Below are positions 42,921-51,658 of a stretch of 64,000 nucleotides of DNA, one piece after another. Each line of letters begins with the position of its first letter. The stretch's first letter is position 1. The DNA is taken from assembly GCA_963729605.1 (NCBI GenBank), contig CAVSNY010000007.1, forward strand, positions 1,312,001 through 1,376,000, given 5' to 3'. Position numbers and translations under genes: made by a program. This DNA is from an uncultured Gammaproteobacteria bacterium (GTDB lineage Bacteria > Pseudomonadota > Gammaproteobacteria > DRLM01). The notes beneath the pieces were generated by a model that was not told the DNA's origin, ran no database searches, and saw only the letters and a program-made list of their open reading frames with translations.

Positions 42921-43601
42921 ATGGTCGTCGTCCTCGACACCATCCTCAACCCCGACGAGCTGGCGACGATCCGCCGCCAGCTCGCCGGGGCGTCGTGGGC
43001 AACGGGACTTTCCGCCGGCAGCCAGGCCACGCTGGTCAAGAATAACCAGCAGTTGCCCGAGGGCACGCCGTGCCTGCGCGACCTCCGGGTGCTCGTCCTG
43101 CGCGCGCTCAACCGCAGTCCGCTGCTGCTTTCCGCGGCGCTGCCGAACAAAATCCTTCCGCCCAACTTCAATCGTTATACGGGCGAAACCAATGCCTACG
43201 GCTGGCACGCCGACAACACCCTGCGCAACCTTCCCGACGGAAGCTGGCTGCGTACCGACGTGTCCGCCACCCTGTTCCTGTCCGACCCAGGCGAATATGA
43301 CGGGGGCGAACTGCGCATCGAGGACACCTATGGTGATCAGCGCATCAAACTCGCCGCGGGCAGCCTCGTGCTCTATCCCTCCGGCTCGATCCACGAGGTC
43401 GCGCCGGTCACGCGCGGCGAACGCCTCGCGTGCTATTTCTTCATGCAAAGCCTAGTCAAGGACGCCGGACGCCGGCGCCAGCTCTACGAAATGGACCTCG
43501 CGCTGATACGCCTGCGCGCCCGCCTCGGCGACGCCGACCCCGACCTCGTGCGCCTGACCGCGCAGTACAACAATCTGCTGCGCGAATGGACGGATTGCTG
43601 A
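42921..43601 (+). CDS. piuC: PKHD-type Fe(II)/2-oxoglutarate hydroxylase (PiuC/YbiX)
   Basis: PP.FNRY, HAD, RTDVSATLFL..P.EYDGGEL, H.V.PVTRG.R. Confidence 0.9.
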   Translation: MVVVLDTILNPDELATIRRQLAGASWATGLSAGSQATLVKNNQQLPEGTPCLRDLRVLVLRALNRSPLLLSAALPNKILPPNFNRYTGETNAYGWHADNTLRNLPDGSWLRTDVSATLFLSDPGEYDGGELRIEDTYGDQRIKLAAGSLVLYPSGSIHEVAPVTRGERLACYFFMQSLVKDAGRRRQLYEMDLALIRLRARLGDADPDLVRLTAQYNNLLREWTDC

Positions 43602-43622
43602 ATCGCGGCAGCATCACTGATT

Positions 43623-43793
43623 GAGATCGCCCTTGCGGGGAGGGGATCGACACCCGCTAGGTGAGCCGGCTGGTCAACCTGACCACGCTGGTGCCCGACA
43701 CCGTCGCCGCCATCCTGGCCGGCCGCACTACCCAATCACATCACACTGTCCGATCTGGCGCGGTTGATCCGCCGGCGCTGGGCTGAGCAGCGA
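43623..43793 (+). pseudogene. Decayed C-terminus of a small protein typically found beside serine recombinases of integrative elements
   Basis: Read across a stop and frameshifts: EGIDTR*VSRLVNLTTLVPDTVAAILAG/LPNHITLSDLA/VDPPA/WAEQR. Family recognised from memory only. Confidence 0.5.
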
Positions 43794-43822
43794 GCCGGGC
43801 TCGCTGCTCGATAGGTCTATCG
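43785..43822. repeat. Two abutting palindromes downstream of jetD
   Basis: GAGCAGCGAGCC-G-GGCTCGCTGCTC (12-bp arms), then CGATAG-GT-CTATCG. Confidence 0.7.
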
Positions 43823-43903
43823 CAAATGAACTCGCTATTGGATGTCTGACTTATTCGCTGATCCCATCGATTTCCACTCACGACTGACCTCACTGATCCT
43901 GGG

Positions 43904-45067
43904 TCATCGAATACTTGCCTGTATGGCATTCCATACCACATCCCAGCGTATCCGCTCCTGTTCGAGGCGGACTTGTTGACCGCAGGCATTTCCCTTGAGC
44001 GACTGATAGAGCTTTTGTTCGGTATTGGTGAGTAGTGGGAGTTCTGTGGAAGAGTGCTGGTCTTTCTCTTCAACCCATAAATCGCGATGACTCATCAGCG
44101 TTGACTCATCCATAAGCACAGTCTTCAGGCTAGGGATGTATGTTCTGGCTCGATTAAGAATGGCAAAGCCATGCGTATCAATGTCACCCCAGTAGAAACA
44201 TTGCGCCTGTTGTAGCCATGGAAGCTGTCCCAAAACGTCAACCGCGTAACCCAGTCGCATGATCACAACCGCCCCTGGCAGATCATCAAAGGCAAGGCCA
44301 GTTTGAAGGTTCTCAACAACGAAGACATTCTTTGGTCGTATACCAATGCTCGCGACCTCCTCACAGGGAGCAGAGATATCGCCAAGACCGCCAAAACGGA
44401 CTCTTAGATCCGGGTCTAGAACGCGCATGCGCAATAACTGCGGCTGTGCCCTCAAGCCGCAGCGCCAGAAGAAGTCGCGCTCTCCTGTTGGGTCACTCTG
44501 GAGCGTTGCAATCAAGTCAGAGATGATGCCCTTTCGAGAATCCAGCCATTTGCTGTCGGCACCGGCAACCGGAATTTGTCGTGCGTAGAGATTCGATTTC
44601 GGATTGCGATTGATCCAATCCAGCATCTCTGCCAGTCGACGGAAATCGGCATCGCTGTAGTCAGCGAGGACATCAAAATATCTCGGTAACTGCTGCGCAA
44701 GCACCGGCCAGCGAGCAGTGAGCGTCTGATACCGAGACAGGGCGCGAACCCACCGTGCGGATGCACCGATCCACAGGGCAACATCTTCAGGGCCTCGTAA
44801 CGTCAGTTTCCCTGGCAGTCGCTGAACGCCAAGCGCTTTCCATCGCCGCTCACACCAGGATAGTGTGCCGACCCCTTGCCAGCCTTGCCATGCGCTCACC
44901 CAAGCACGAACGCCGTCGACTTGTCTCAGTGCAGCCTGCTCCGTCGGAATGCCGAGCGGAACTTCCAGCGGCCATTGGACCTCGCCCGGATCACCGATCA
45001 ACCACTCGCGGTGCTTGCTTTGAAAGCGACGGGCAAGAAACTGCCGAACATCTTCAGGAAGCTTCAA
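43904..45067 (-). CDS. jetD: Wadjet JetD (DUF3322 + DUF2220 Toprim nuclease)
   Basis: VFVVEN, YWGDIDTHG, RLEQERI; last gene of the four-gene operon. Confidence 0.9.
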   Translation of the reverse strand: MKLPEDVRQFLARRFQSKHREWLIGDPGEVQWPLEVPLGIPTEQAALRQVDGVRAWVSAWQGWQGVGTLSWCERRWKALGVQRLPGKLTLRGPEDVALWIGASARWVRALSRYQTLTARWPVLAQQLPRYFDVLADYSDADFRRLAEMLDWINRNPKSNLYARQIPVAGADSKWLDSRKGIISDLIATLQSDPTGERDFFWRCGLRAQPQLLRMRVLDPDLRVRFGGLGDISAPCEEVASIGIRPKNVFVVENLQTGLAFDDLPGAVVIMRLGYAVDVLGQLPWLQQAQCFYWGDIDTHGFAILNRARTYIPSLKTVLMDESTLMSHRDLWVEEKDQHSSTELPLLTNTEQKLYQSLKGNACGQQVRLEQERIRWDVVWNAIQASIR

Positions 45068-48000
45068 CGCTAGCCTCCTCTCGAGCGTGCTCCGGCAGCT
45101 TCAACCGCTGACGGTCACCGTCGTACTCGATCAGCAGGACGCCTGACACCCGCCGGTCGCTGATATCCACAAAGCAGGCGCCACCGATGAATGGTTCGAG
45201 GGTCATGACGGACTTCAGCGGCGTAGCGACCACCATTTGAAATCCGAAATTGGTAAAGATGTTCATTGCCAAAGCGGTGAACTCGTTGTCAGCCTTGTCG
45301 AATGCCTCATCAAGCACGACGGGCGAATACATCGGCACGCCGTGGTCGTTCCCTCCCAGTTGATACCGTAGGGCTGCCGCCAAACACGTGGTGGCCAGCT
45401 TCTGCCGTTGGCCGCCTGATTTGCCAGCACCGCTGCGGTAAATCTCGACCTCGACGTCGCTTTCATCGATTTCCCGCCCGATGAACTCAACATGCTGTCG
45501 AACGTCGAGCACAGTCTCACGCCAGCGTTTCTGCTCGGGGTCCTGACTGGCGAGTCGATCAACAAGTCGCCGCAGGGCCAGAAACCGCGCCTCGGCGAAC
45601 TCACGATCCTCCGTCCACGCATGGCTAAGTGCCTGCTGGATCTCCTGTTTGAACTCCTTGACGTCGACAAGCTGCCGGTCACTGGCGTCGATGTGGAGAT
45701 AGGTGCGTTGATTGGCGCTTTGGTTGAAGGGCACCTGGCCAAGACTGTCGTTGACCAGGTCCATCCGCTCTAGGATGGCTTTGCGCGCATCGTTCAGGTA
45801 GGTGGAAAGTGCCGCCAGATTCTGGTGGCTTTGGTTCTGCAGCAATTCGAAGAATCGCTGCTCATAGGCGGGCAGGCCATCAGTTTCCAGTCGAACCAGC
45901 TTGGCGAAAAAGTCTGGTGCGCTGGCGAGGCTCGTATCCATGTCGCCAGCGTCCATGGGCCACTGACGTTTGAAATCCGCGAAGCGCGCTTCTATTTCCT
46001 TCTCGCAGACGCCAATCCCACGATTGACATCTTCGATCTCCGAATTGAGTGCGCGTTCTACAGAAGTTGTCACCTTGTCGAGGTTGTCGAGCCGGACTGC
46101 ATCTGACTGCTTAGCGAAGCGCTCGTTGAGGCCCGAGATCTGATGGGGCGTCAAGGGAACGATGGACGCGTCCTGCAGAAGGGATTCTAGTTTCTGTGTA
46201 CTGGTCTTGATCTGGTCAAGAATCGAATCGTGCGCACGCGTTGCATGCCGAAGATGCTTGTCAGTATCATCGACGAGTTTCTTTTGCTTCTCGATCTGCT
46301 CACTGATTTGCAGCAGGGTGGTGTTGCCCTCGCGCGCTTCGCGGATCTGCCGCTCAATGGTGGAAATGCGATCCAGCAATGGGAGCAAATCTATTTCCTG
46401 CCACTGGAGATTCACCAGAGTCTGGCACTGCATGGCTCGGGTCGCACGATTCTTGTCCTGATCGGCGAGGCTGTCGATCTCTCCTCCGAGACGCGTAATC
46501 GTGGCAGCAAGCTCCTGCGCCTGGGCTTGAAAGAGCCCAAGCTTGTCGCGGTTATCGAGCCCAAGCACCCAGTTTCGTCGGTCGCCGACACTTCTACGGT
46601 CGTCTTTCTCATGCCGGGTTTTGCTGTGCTTGACCTGGCCCTCACGGGTGATGGCGCGATCAGCGCTCCTGAACGATTGAATGGAGTCGACGCACGCATA
46701 ATCGAAGCGTTGCCGTAGCTCGGCCTGTAGCCAATCGGAATATGCACCCTCCTTGACGTTCAGCTTAAGGACGAGCGAATTGGCTCCGATGGGCTTGGCC
46801 TGCCAGGTCTCCGGGCGTCCGGTCCGGTAATACACCAGGCGCTGCCCAAGATGGGTGTTGTTGATGTAATTGGCCAGCGCTGAATACTGTCGTTCGTCCA
46901 CCAGGAGTGAGAGTGCAAATCCGTGTAGTACGCGCTCAATGGCCCCCTGCCATTCCGCCTCGTCAGGCTTCACCTCAATGAGTTCGCCAACAAAGGGGAG
47001 AGCCGACTCCGAGATCCCGATGGCGGCGGCGATGTCTCGACGCATTTCCAGCATGTCGGCCGGAATGTTCGACGGCTGGCGCTGGAGTGCCTGCACCTCC
47101 TTCACCACTTGCGAAAATGCCGTCTCAGCGTCTCTCTTTTGGCCTGCCAAGCGGAACTGTTCTTCGCGGCTTTCGTTGCTGCGCTGCTCCCAATTTTCGA
47201 CCTCCTGCCGCGCGTTACCCAACAGTTCAGCGAAGGCTTGAGGAGAATCGGGGAGGCTCCAGCCCAGCTTCTTGCACGCATCTTCAGCCTGGCCGCGTTT
47301 GCGCAGGCGATCCGTGCGCTGGGTCTCCAGGCTGGATTTCTCGGCCTCCCATTGCTCGATCTGATCACCGCCCGCTTCACGGTGCTGTCGCTCCAGATCG
47401 CGCAACGTTGTGGCGTGGTTACCCAGGATGCTCTGACGTCGACTAACTTCACCTTCCGAGCCGCTGGCTTGCACCTCCAGGGACTCGACATGCTGCTTGA
47501 GGAGTTCAATGCGGCGGGTTTCCTGGTAGCCATCAACGCCCAGCCGAAGCTCATCCAGACCATTGCGCTGCAGCATCAGCGAATCTCTGCGCTGATACTG
47601 CTCCCGCGCTGGCGCAAGTGTTTGAACCTGCTCGCGAGCTGTCACTACCGCCTGGTGGGCAGCATTGAGTTCGCCAAATTCGCTGACCAAGCGATCGGCC
47701 ACCTCGAAGGTTTCTGGCTTGTCCAGCATGAAATCGCGCAGGAAGGTATTGAGGTCGCCGAGATTCTTGGCCGACTGGGTTTTGTGCAGCAAACGCAGCG
47801 CCATTTCGCTCTCGATACCAAGCAGGCGGCAGAATCGTTCGCAATAGGGACGAAACTCGTCGCGGGCGAACGCTTCGGGGAAGGACTGCTTGAGCTTTCG
47901 GATATCGAAGTTGGATTGGCCGAAGTCCTCCAACTCGCGCAGGTCAAAGGCCCGCTCCAGGACAAGGTAGTAGCGTTTAACGTCGGTGGTTCCATTTGCA

Positions 48001-48428
48001 TTGCCACGCAGCCAGAACACCTGAACAAGTACCACAAACTGGCCCAATGCGTTCTGGTAGGTCAGTGCCAAGGCTGACCACGTTGTCCCCGAGCGCAAGT
48101 AACGGGTGGCGATCTCACCCGACTCTCCATCCTTCTGTTCGGCCCATGCACCACGTACGTAGGAGACGAGGTTTCGGTCACGACCGCTGCGGTCAGTCTC
48201 GCGCGCGGCAGCGTTGAAGTCGATCCAGCGAGGGGGCACCAGCAACGCCGAAAAAGCGTCAAGAAGAGTCGATTTCCCAGCCCCTGATCGACCGACAAAC
48301 AGAAAGCCTCGTTCGCTGATCGGTACGTCATGCAGGCCAGAAAAAGTGCCCCAGTTGTAAACCTGCAGGCGAGTCATTCGGAACTGTTCGCGGGCGAACA
48401 AGGAGGCGGTTTGGGGTTCCGAGATCAT
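45054..48428 (-). CDS. jetC: Wadjet JetC SMC-like ATPase
   Basis: LQVYNWGTF, GRSGAGKST, long coiled coils, KSGGQRQ signature, VVLDEAFD. Confidence 0.92.
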   Translation of the reverse strand: MISEPQTASLFAREQFRMTRLQVYNWGTFSGLHDVPISERGFLFVGRSGAGKSTLLDAFSALLVPPRWIDFNAAARETDRSGRDRNLVSYVRGAWAEQKDGESGEIATRYLRSGTTWSALALTYQNALGQFVVLVQVFWLRGNANGTTDVKRYYLVLERAFDLRELEDFGQSNFDIRKLKQSFPEAFARDEFRPYCERFCRLLGIESEMALRLLHKTQSAKNLGDLNTFLRDFMLDKPETFEVADRLVSEFGELNAAHQAVVTAREQVQTLAPAREQYQRRDSLMLQRNGLDELRLGVDGYQETRRIELLKQHVESLEVQASGSEGEVSRRQSILGNHATTLRDLERQHREAGGDQIEQWEAEKSSLETQRTDRLRKRGQAEDACKKLGWSLPDSPQAFAELLGNARQEVENWEQRSNESREEQFRLAGQKRDAETAFSQVVKEVQALQRQPSNIPADMLEMRRDIAAAIGISESALPFVGELIEVKPDEAEWQGAIERVLHGFALSLLVDERQYSALANYINNTHLGQRLVYYRTGRPETWQAKPIGANSLVLKLNVKEGAYSDWLQAELRQRFDYACVDSIQSFRSADRAITREGQVKHSKTRHEKDDRRSVGDRRNWVLGLDNRDKLGLFQAQAQELAATITRLGGEIDSLADQDKNRATRAMQCQTLVNLQWQEIDLLPLLDRISTIERQIREAREGNTTLLQISEQIEKQKKLVDDTDKHLRHATRAHDSILDQIKTSTQKLESLLQDASIVPLTPHQISGLNERFAKQSDAVRLDNLDKVTTSVERALNSEIEDVNRGIGVCEKEIEARFADFKRQWPMDAGDMDTSLASAPDFFAKLVRLETDGLPAYEQRFFELLQNQSHQNLAALSTYLNDARKAILERMDLVNDSLGQVPFNQSANQRTYLHIDASDRQLVDVKEFKQEIQQALSHAWTEDREFAEARFLALRRLVDRLASQDPEQKRWRETVLDVRQHVEFIGREIDESDVEVEIYRSGAGKSGGQRQKLATTCLAAALRYQLGGNDHGVPMYSPVVLDEAFDKADNEFTALAMNIFTNFGFQMVVATPLKSVMTLEPFIGGACFVDISDRRVSGVLLIEYDGDRQRLKLPEHAREEASVEAS

Positions 48429-49132
48429 TGGTCGGCCTCCTCATCGGGTTCAGTCTGAGCCAGTTGCGCTGGCGTCTCTCCGGCAGCCATGCGCTGATAC
48501 AAGTGGGTCAGAGCTTGTATTTCCTCTGCTGAGAAGAGGAGCTTCAACGTGGGTGAAATCTCGAAGCGATCCTCACTCGAGCGAATTTTCTGAAGGATGC
48601 TGTGCTTCTTGATCTTCTCGATGGATGCATGAACCCGTTTCGCGAATCCCGCGCGGTCGTTGTTGGATGCTCGCTCATAGAGGGTAAGAAATTCCATCAT
48701 CTCGTCCGTCGATACCACGGCACGATCGCCCTGCGAGTCCGCCTGGGTCAATCGCTGGCGAAGGTGGAGCAGCAGAATGGAGTCAATGAAGGTCAGCTGC
48801 GCGCGACGCAGCAGGAGTGGCACTTCGAGGTCGCCGGTATCTGCCTGGCGGGTGAAGGCAACTTGTACGTCCCGGTCGATGACCAGTTCGAGGAACAGTT
48901 CGACAAGGCGCCGACGTATCACCGCTTCGTCTCGCACTAATATCGGCCAGAGTTTTGGATGTCGACGTCCGTCGAGCGAAGGTCCCGCAAGTAGCTGCAC
49001 GAGGGCGCGCCGGGTATCCAGCGCCAACTCGCCGCTGTCACCCATGAAAAGGGTGTTGGCAGATGCGTGCGCAGCATCTGGCGCTTGTTCTTTGGCGGGC
49101 ATTGCCGCTTCGTCGTTCTCAGACCAGTTCAT
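48425..49132 (-). CDS. jetB: Wadjet JetB (DUF4194)
   Basis: LF.GDSG.L....RRALVQLL.GP, LTFIDSILLLHLR; start MNWSE at 49132 overlaps the jetA end. Confidence 0.85.
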   Translation of the reverse strand: MNWSENDEAAMPAKEQAPDAAHASANTLFMGDSGELALDTRRALVQLLAGPSLDGRRHPKLWPILVRDEAVIRRRLVELFLELVIDRDVQVAFTRQADTGDLEVPLLLRRAQLTFIDSILLLHLRQRLTQADSQGDRAVVSTDEMMEFLTLYERASNNDRAGFAKRVHASIEKIKKHSILQKIRSSEDRFEISPTLKLLFSAEEIQALTHLYQRMAAGETPAQLAQTEPDEEADQ

Positions 49133-50579
49133 TTGCCCGCTCCCGCAAAAAGAAAATCTTTGGAATTCGGGCGCTGCGACGCTGGTCGTCGCCTCCAACC
49201 CAGCCAACGGTTTCGCTATGGTCGGCCTTGAAACCATGCCGACTGCCCAATGCAAGCAGGCCGACGACGCTGCCCAAACCCTGTGCAGCGGGGAACTGCT
49301 CCAGCACGTCAGCAATGGATGCCTGGGACCGTTGCTCCAGGACAGCCAGCACGTTGGCCTTCAATGTTCGGAAGTCGATCTCGGATTGGGCGACCAATTC
49401 GCTGACAGACTCCAGGTCGATTGGTGGGGCGTCACCTTCCGCCATTTGGCCGGGCAAAGCTTGTAGGGAGGGGTCGTACAGCGCCCATTGAGACAAGGAG
49501 CGCAAACGGCTGCTCGTGAGCTCAAGCGTGTACTGGAGGGTTTCTGTGGCCCTGACTTTGTCCTTCAGGGTGAGTGCTGCTCGCTGAGCGTCTTTCAGAA
49601 GGTGATTGAGTCGGCGTTGCTCGAGGTATTCACGACTCTGGACGAAATGCTTCAGGCTGCGGGCAAACGTCTGGAGCACTTCATGGACCATGCCGCCCTG
49701 CTCAAGAAGGGTTCGTGTCAGCCGAAGAAGGAATCGGCGCTCCTTGGCTTCAAGCTGACCCACAAACTCCCGCGACATGACGCTATCAAGCGCCTGATCA
49801 AGTGTGGCGGCCTGCTGTGGGTCCGTTAGCAATCGCCAGAAAGCAGAGAAAGTCCTTCCCGCGTCGCTTTCTGAAATCAGGTCGATTCCGGCAAACAGCG
49901 AATCCAGTACATCACCCCGATTGCCATCGTTGTCCATGATGCGTTCACGGAGATCTCGATTCAGCTGGTCGAACTGATCGCGGACGCGTCGGAAGTCGCC
50001 TGCAAGATCGTCGGCCAGCGTGATGATCTCCCTCGTGCGCTCCAGTGCCGTTGCCTGAGCCAGCACGCGCATTTGCCCCTTATGGATAGCGTCTATCTCC
50101 TTATCGATGCGGGCTTGCTCGGCCATGAGCCGGTCAATGCGGCGGAATTTGTCGGTATCGGTGTCCTCTGCAAGCCGGGCCAGCGCCTCGATAACGAGTG
50201 TCAGGCGGCTCTCAGTCGCGGCTGAGTGGGGCTGCGCCAGGCCAGAGACAAAACGAATGGCCTCCACGGCAGCCGTCGACAGTTCGTATTCCTCCTCTGA
50301 AGCCCCTGCCGGGAAACGGCGCTCCAGATAACCATCGGCAAGCCAGCTGGCCACGTAAGCCTGCGCTGTTTGGGGGAAGTCTTCGCCTTGAGCGCGCAGC
50401 TCTTCTAAATCCCTCCCGATCCGTTCGTGAAGAATGGAGGCAGGAAGACTTCGCTCGCTCTCGTAAAGATGGGCTTGAAGCAGTCCAATGACGGTAGGCC
50501 CATTGTTCGACGCAAGCAGACGCCATAGGGGCTGCGCCCGTATGCGTCGGTAGGTCGTGATGGCTTTGTCTGCTTTCAC
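49119..50579 (-). CDS. jetA: Wadjet JetA (DUF3375)
   Basis: PLWRLLA, ATESRL, DFRRV, SDAGRTFSAFWRLL; first gene of the operon. Confidence 0.88.
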   Translation of the reverse strand: MKADKAITTYRRIRAQPLWRLLASNNGPTVIGLLQAHLYESERSLPASILHERIGRDLEELRAQGEDFPQTAQAYVASWLADGYLERRFPAGASEEEYELSTAAVEAIRFVSGLAQPHSAATESRLTLVIEALARLAEDTDTDKFRRIDRLMAEQARIDKEIDAIHKGQMRVLAQATALERTREIITLADDLAGDFRRVRDQFDQLNRDLRERIMDNDGNRGDVLDSLFAGIDLISESDAGRTFSAFWRLLTDPQQAATLDQALDSVMSREFVGQLEAKERRFLLRLTRTLLEQGGMVHEVLQTFARSLKHFVQSREYLEQRRLNHLLKDAQRAALTLKDKVRATETLQYTLELTSSRLRSLSQWALYDPSLQALPGQMAEGDAPPIDLESVSELVAQSEIDFRTLKANVLAVLEQRSQASIADVLEQFPAAQGLGSVVGLLALGSRHGFKADHSETVGWVGGDDQRRSARIPKIFFLRERANELV

Positions 50580-50737
50580 TCCCGTGCTCCAAAGTGGCGG
50601 GTCCCGCCTGCTATTTGGTTATCACAATACGACGAATACATAAATCAAAATAGAGCCATGGACAGATTTTAGGGCAGACCATATACTTTCCGCAATAACC
50701 CGTACAAGCATTCGCTAATCCGAACGAGCCAGCCAGG

Positions 50738-51646
50738 ATGCCGAACGAACAGCTTACAGATCTAACCCAGCCACAGCGCGACCGGCTCGCGTTCGTGGAG
50801 TTGCGCGTGCGCTTCATCGGGGAGATACGCCGCCAGGACTTGGTCACGCGGTTTGGCATCCAGTTCGCCGCTGCATCCAGAGATATTGCGCTGTACAAGG
50901 ACTTGGCACCCGGCAACATTGACTACGACTCCAAAGGCAAGTCCTACGTCCTGGGGCCAGACTTCCGGCCCGTATTCGACTTCCCACCGGAGCGGGTGCT
51001 GTCGTGGCTGAGCCAGGGCTTTGGCGATGGTGAGCCGATGCGGCTCAAGGCGTGGGTGGCCAGCGAGAGCCCATCCCGGCTCACCCATCCGGATCTGGAC
51101 GTCCTTGCGAGCGTGACCCGTGCGATCCACCAGGAGTGTCCGCTTGGCATCGAGTACCACTCCATCTCCAGTGGCCGCAATGAGCGGGAGATCGTCCCGT
51201 TCGCGCTGATCGACAACGGCCTCCGTTGGCACGTCCGTGCCTTCGACCGGAAGTCGCAGGAGTTCCGGGATTTCGTCATCACCCGGATCAAGCGCCCCGT
51301 GGTGCTCAAGCGGCAGCCAGTGGCGCCCCACGAGATGAGCGATCAAGACATTCAGTGGACCCGGATCGTCGAGCTGGAGTTGGTGCCGCACCCGGATCAA
51401 CCCCGGCCGGAGATCACCGAAATGGATTACGGCATGCGCGGCGGCGTGCTGCGGATGAAGCTGCGAGCCGCCACGGCCGGATACATCCTGCGCAAATGGA
51501 GTGTGGACTGCTCCCCAGACCACAGCCTCCGCGGCCATGAGTACCGGCTTTGGTTGAAAGACCACCTTGCCATTTACGGTGTGCGTAGCGCCGTTTTGGC
51601 GCCGGGCTTTGCGCAGCCGAATGCAAAAGCGTCGATAGATGACTGA
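50738..51646 (+). CDS. WYL-domain transcriptional regulator (BrxR/CapW-like; wHTH-WYL-WCX)
   Basis: QRDRLAFVE...RFGI..AAASRD...Y; YHSISSG..R...P...NGLRWHVRA.DR....FRDF..TRI; W.VDCS. Confidence 0.9.
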   Translation: MPNEQLTDLTQPQRDRLAFVELRVRFIGEIRRQDLVTRFGIQFAAASRDIALYKDLAPGNIDYDSKGKSYVLGPDFRPVFDFPPERVLSWLSQGFGDGEPMRLKAWVASESPSRLTHPDLDVLASVTRAIHQECPLGIEYHSISSGRNEREIVPFALIDNGLRWHVRAFDRKSQEFRDFVITRIKRPVVLKRQPVAPHEMSDQDIQWTRIVELELVPHPDQPRPEITEMDYGMRGGVLRMKLRAATAGYILRKWSVDCSPDHSLRGHEYRLWLKDHLAIYGVRSAVLAPGFAQPNAKASIDD

Positions 51647-51658
51647 ACGGGAGCGACC

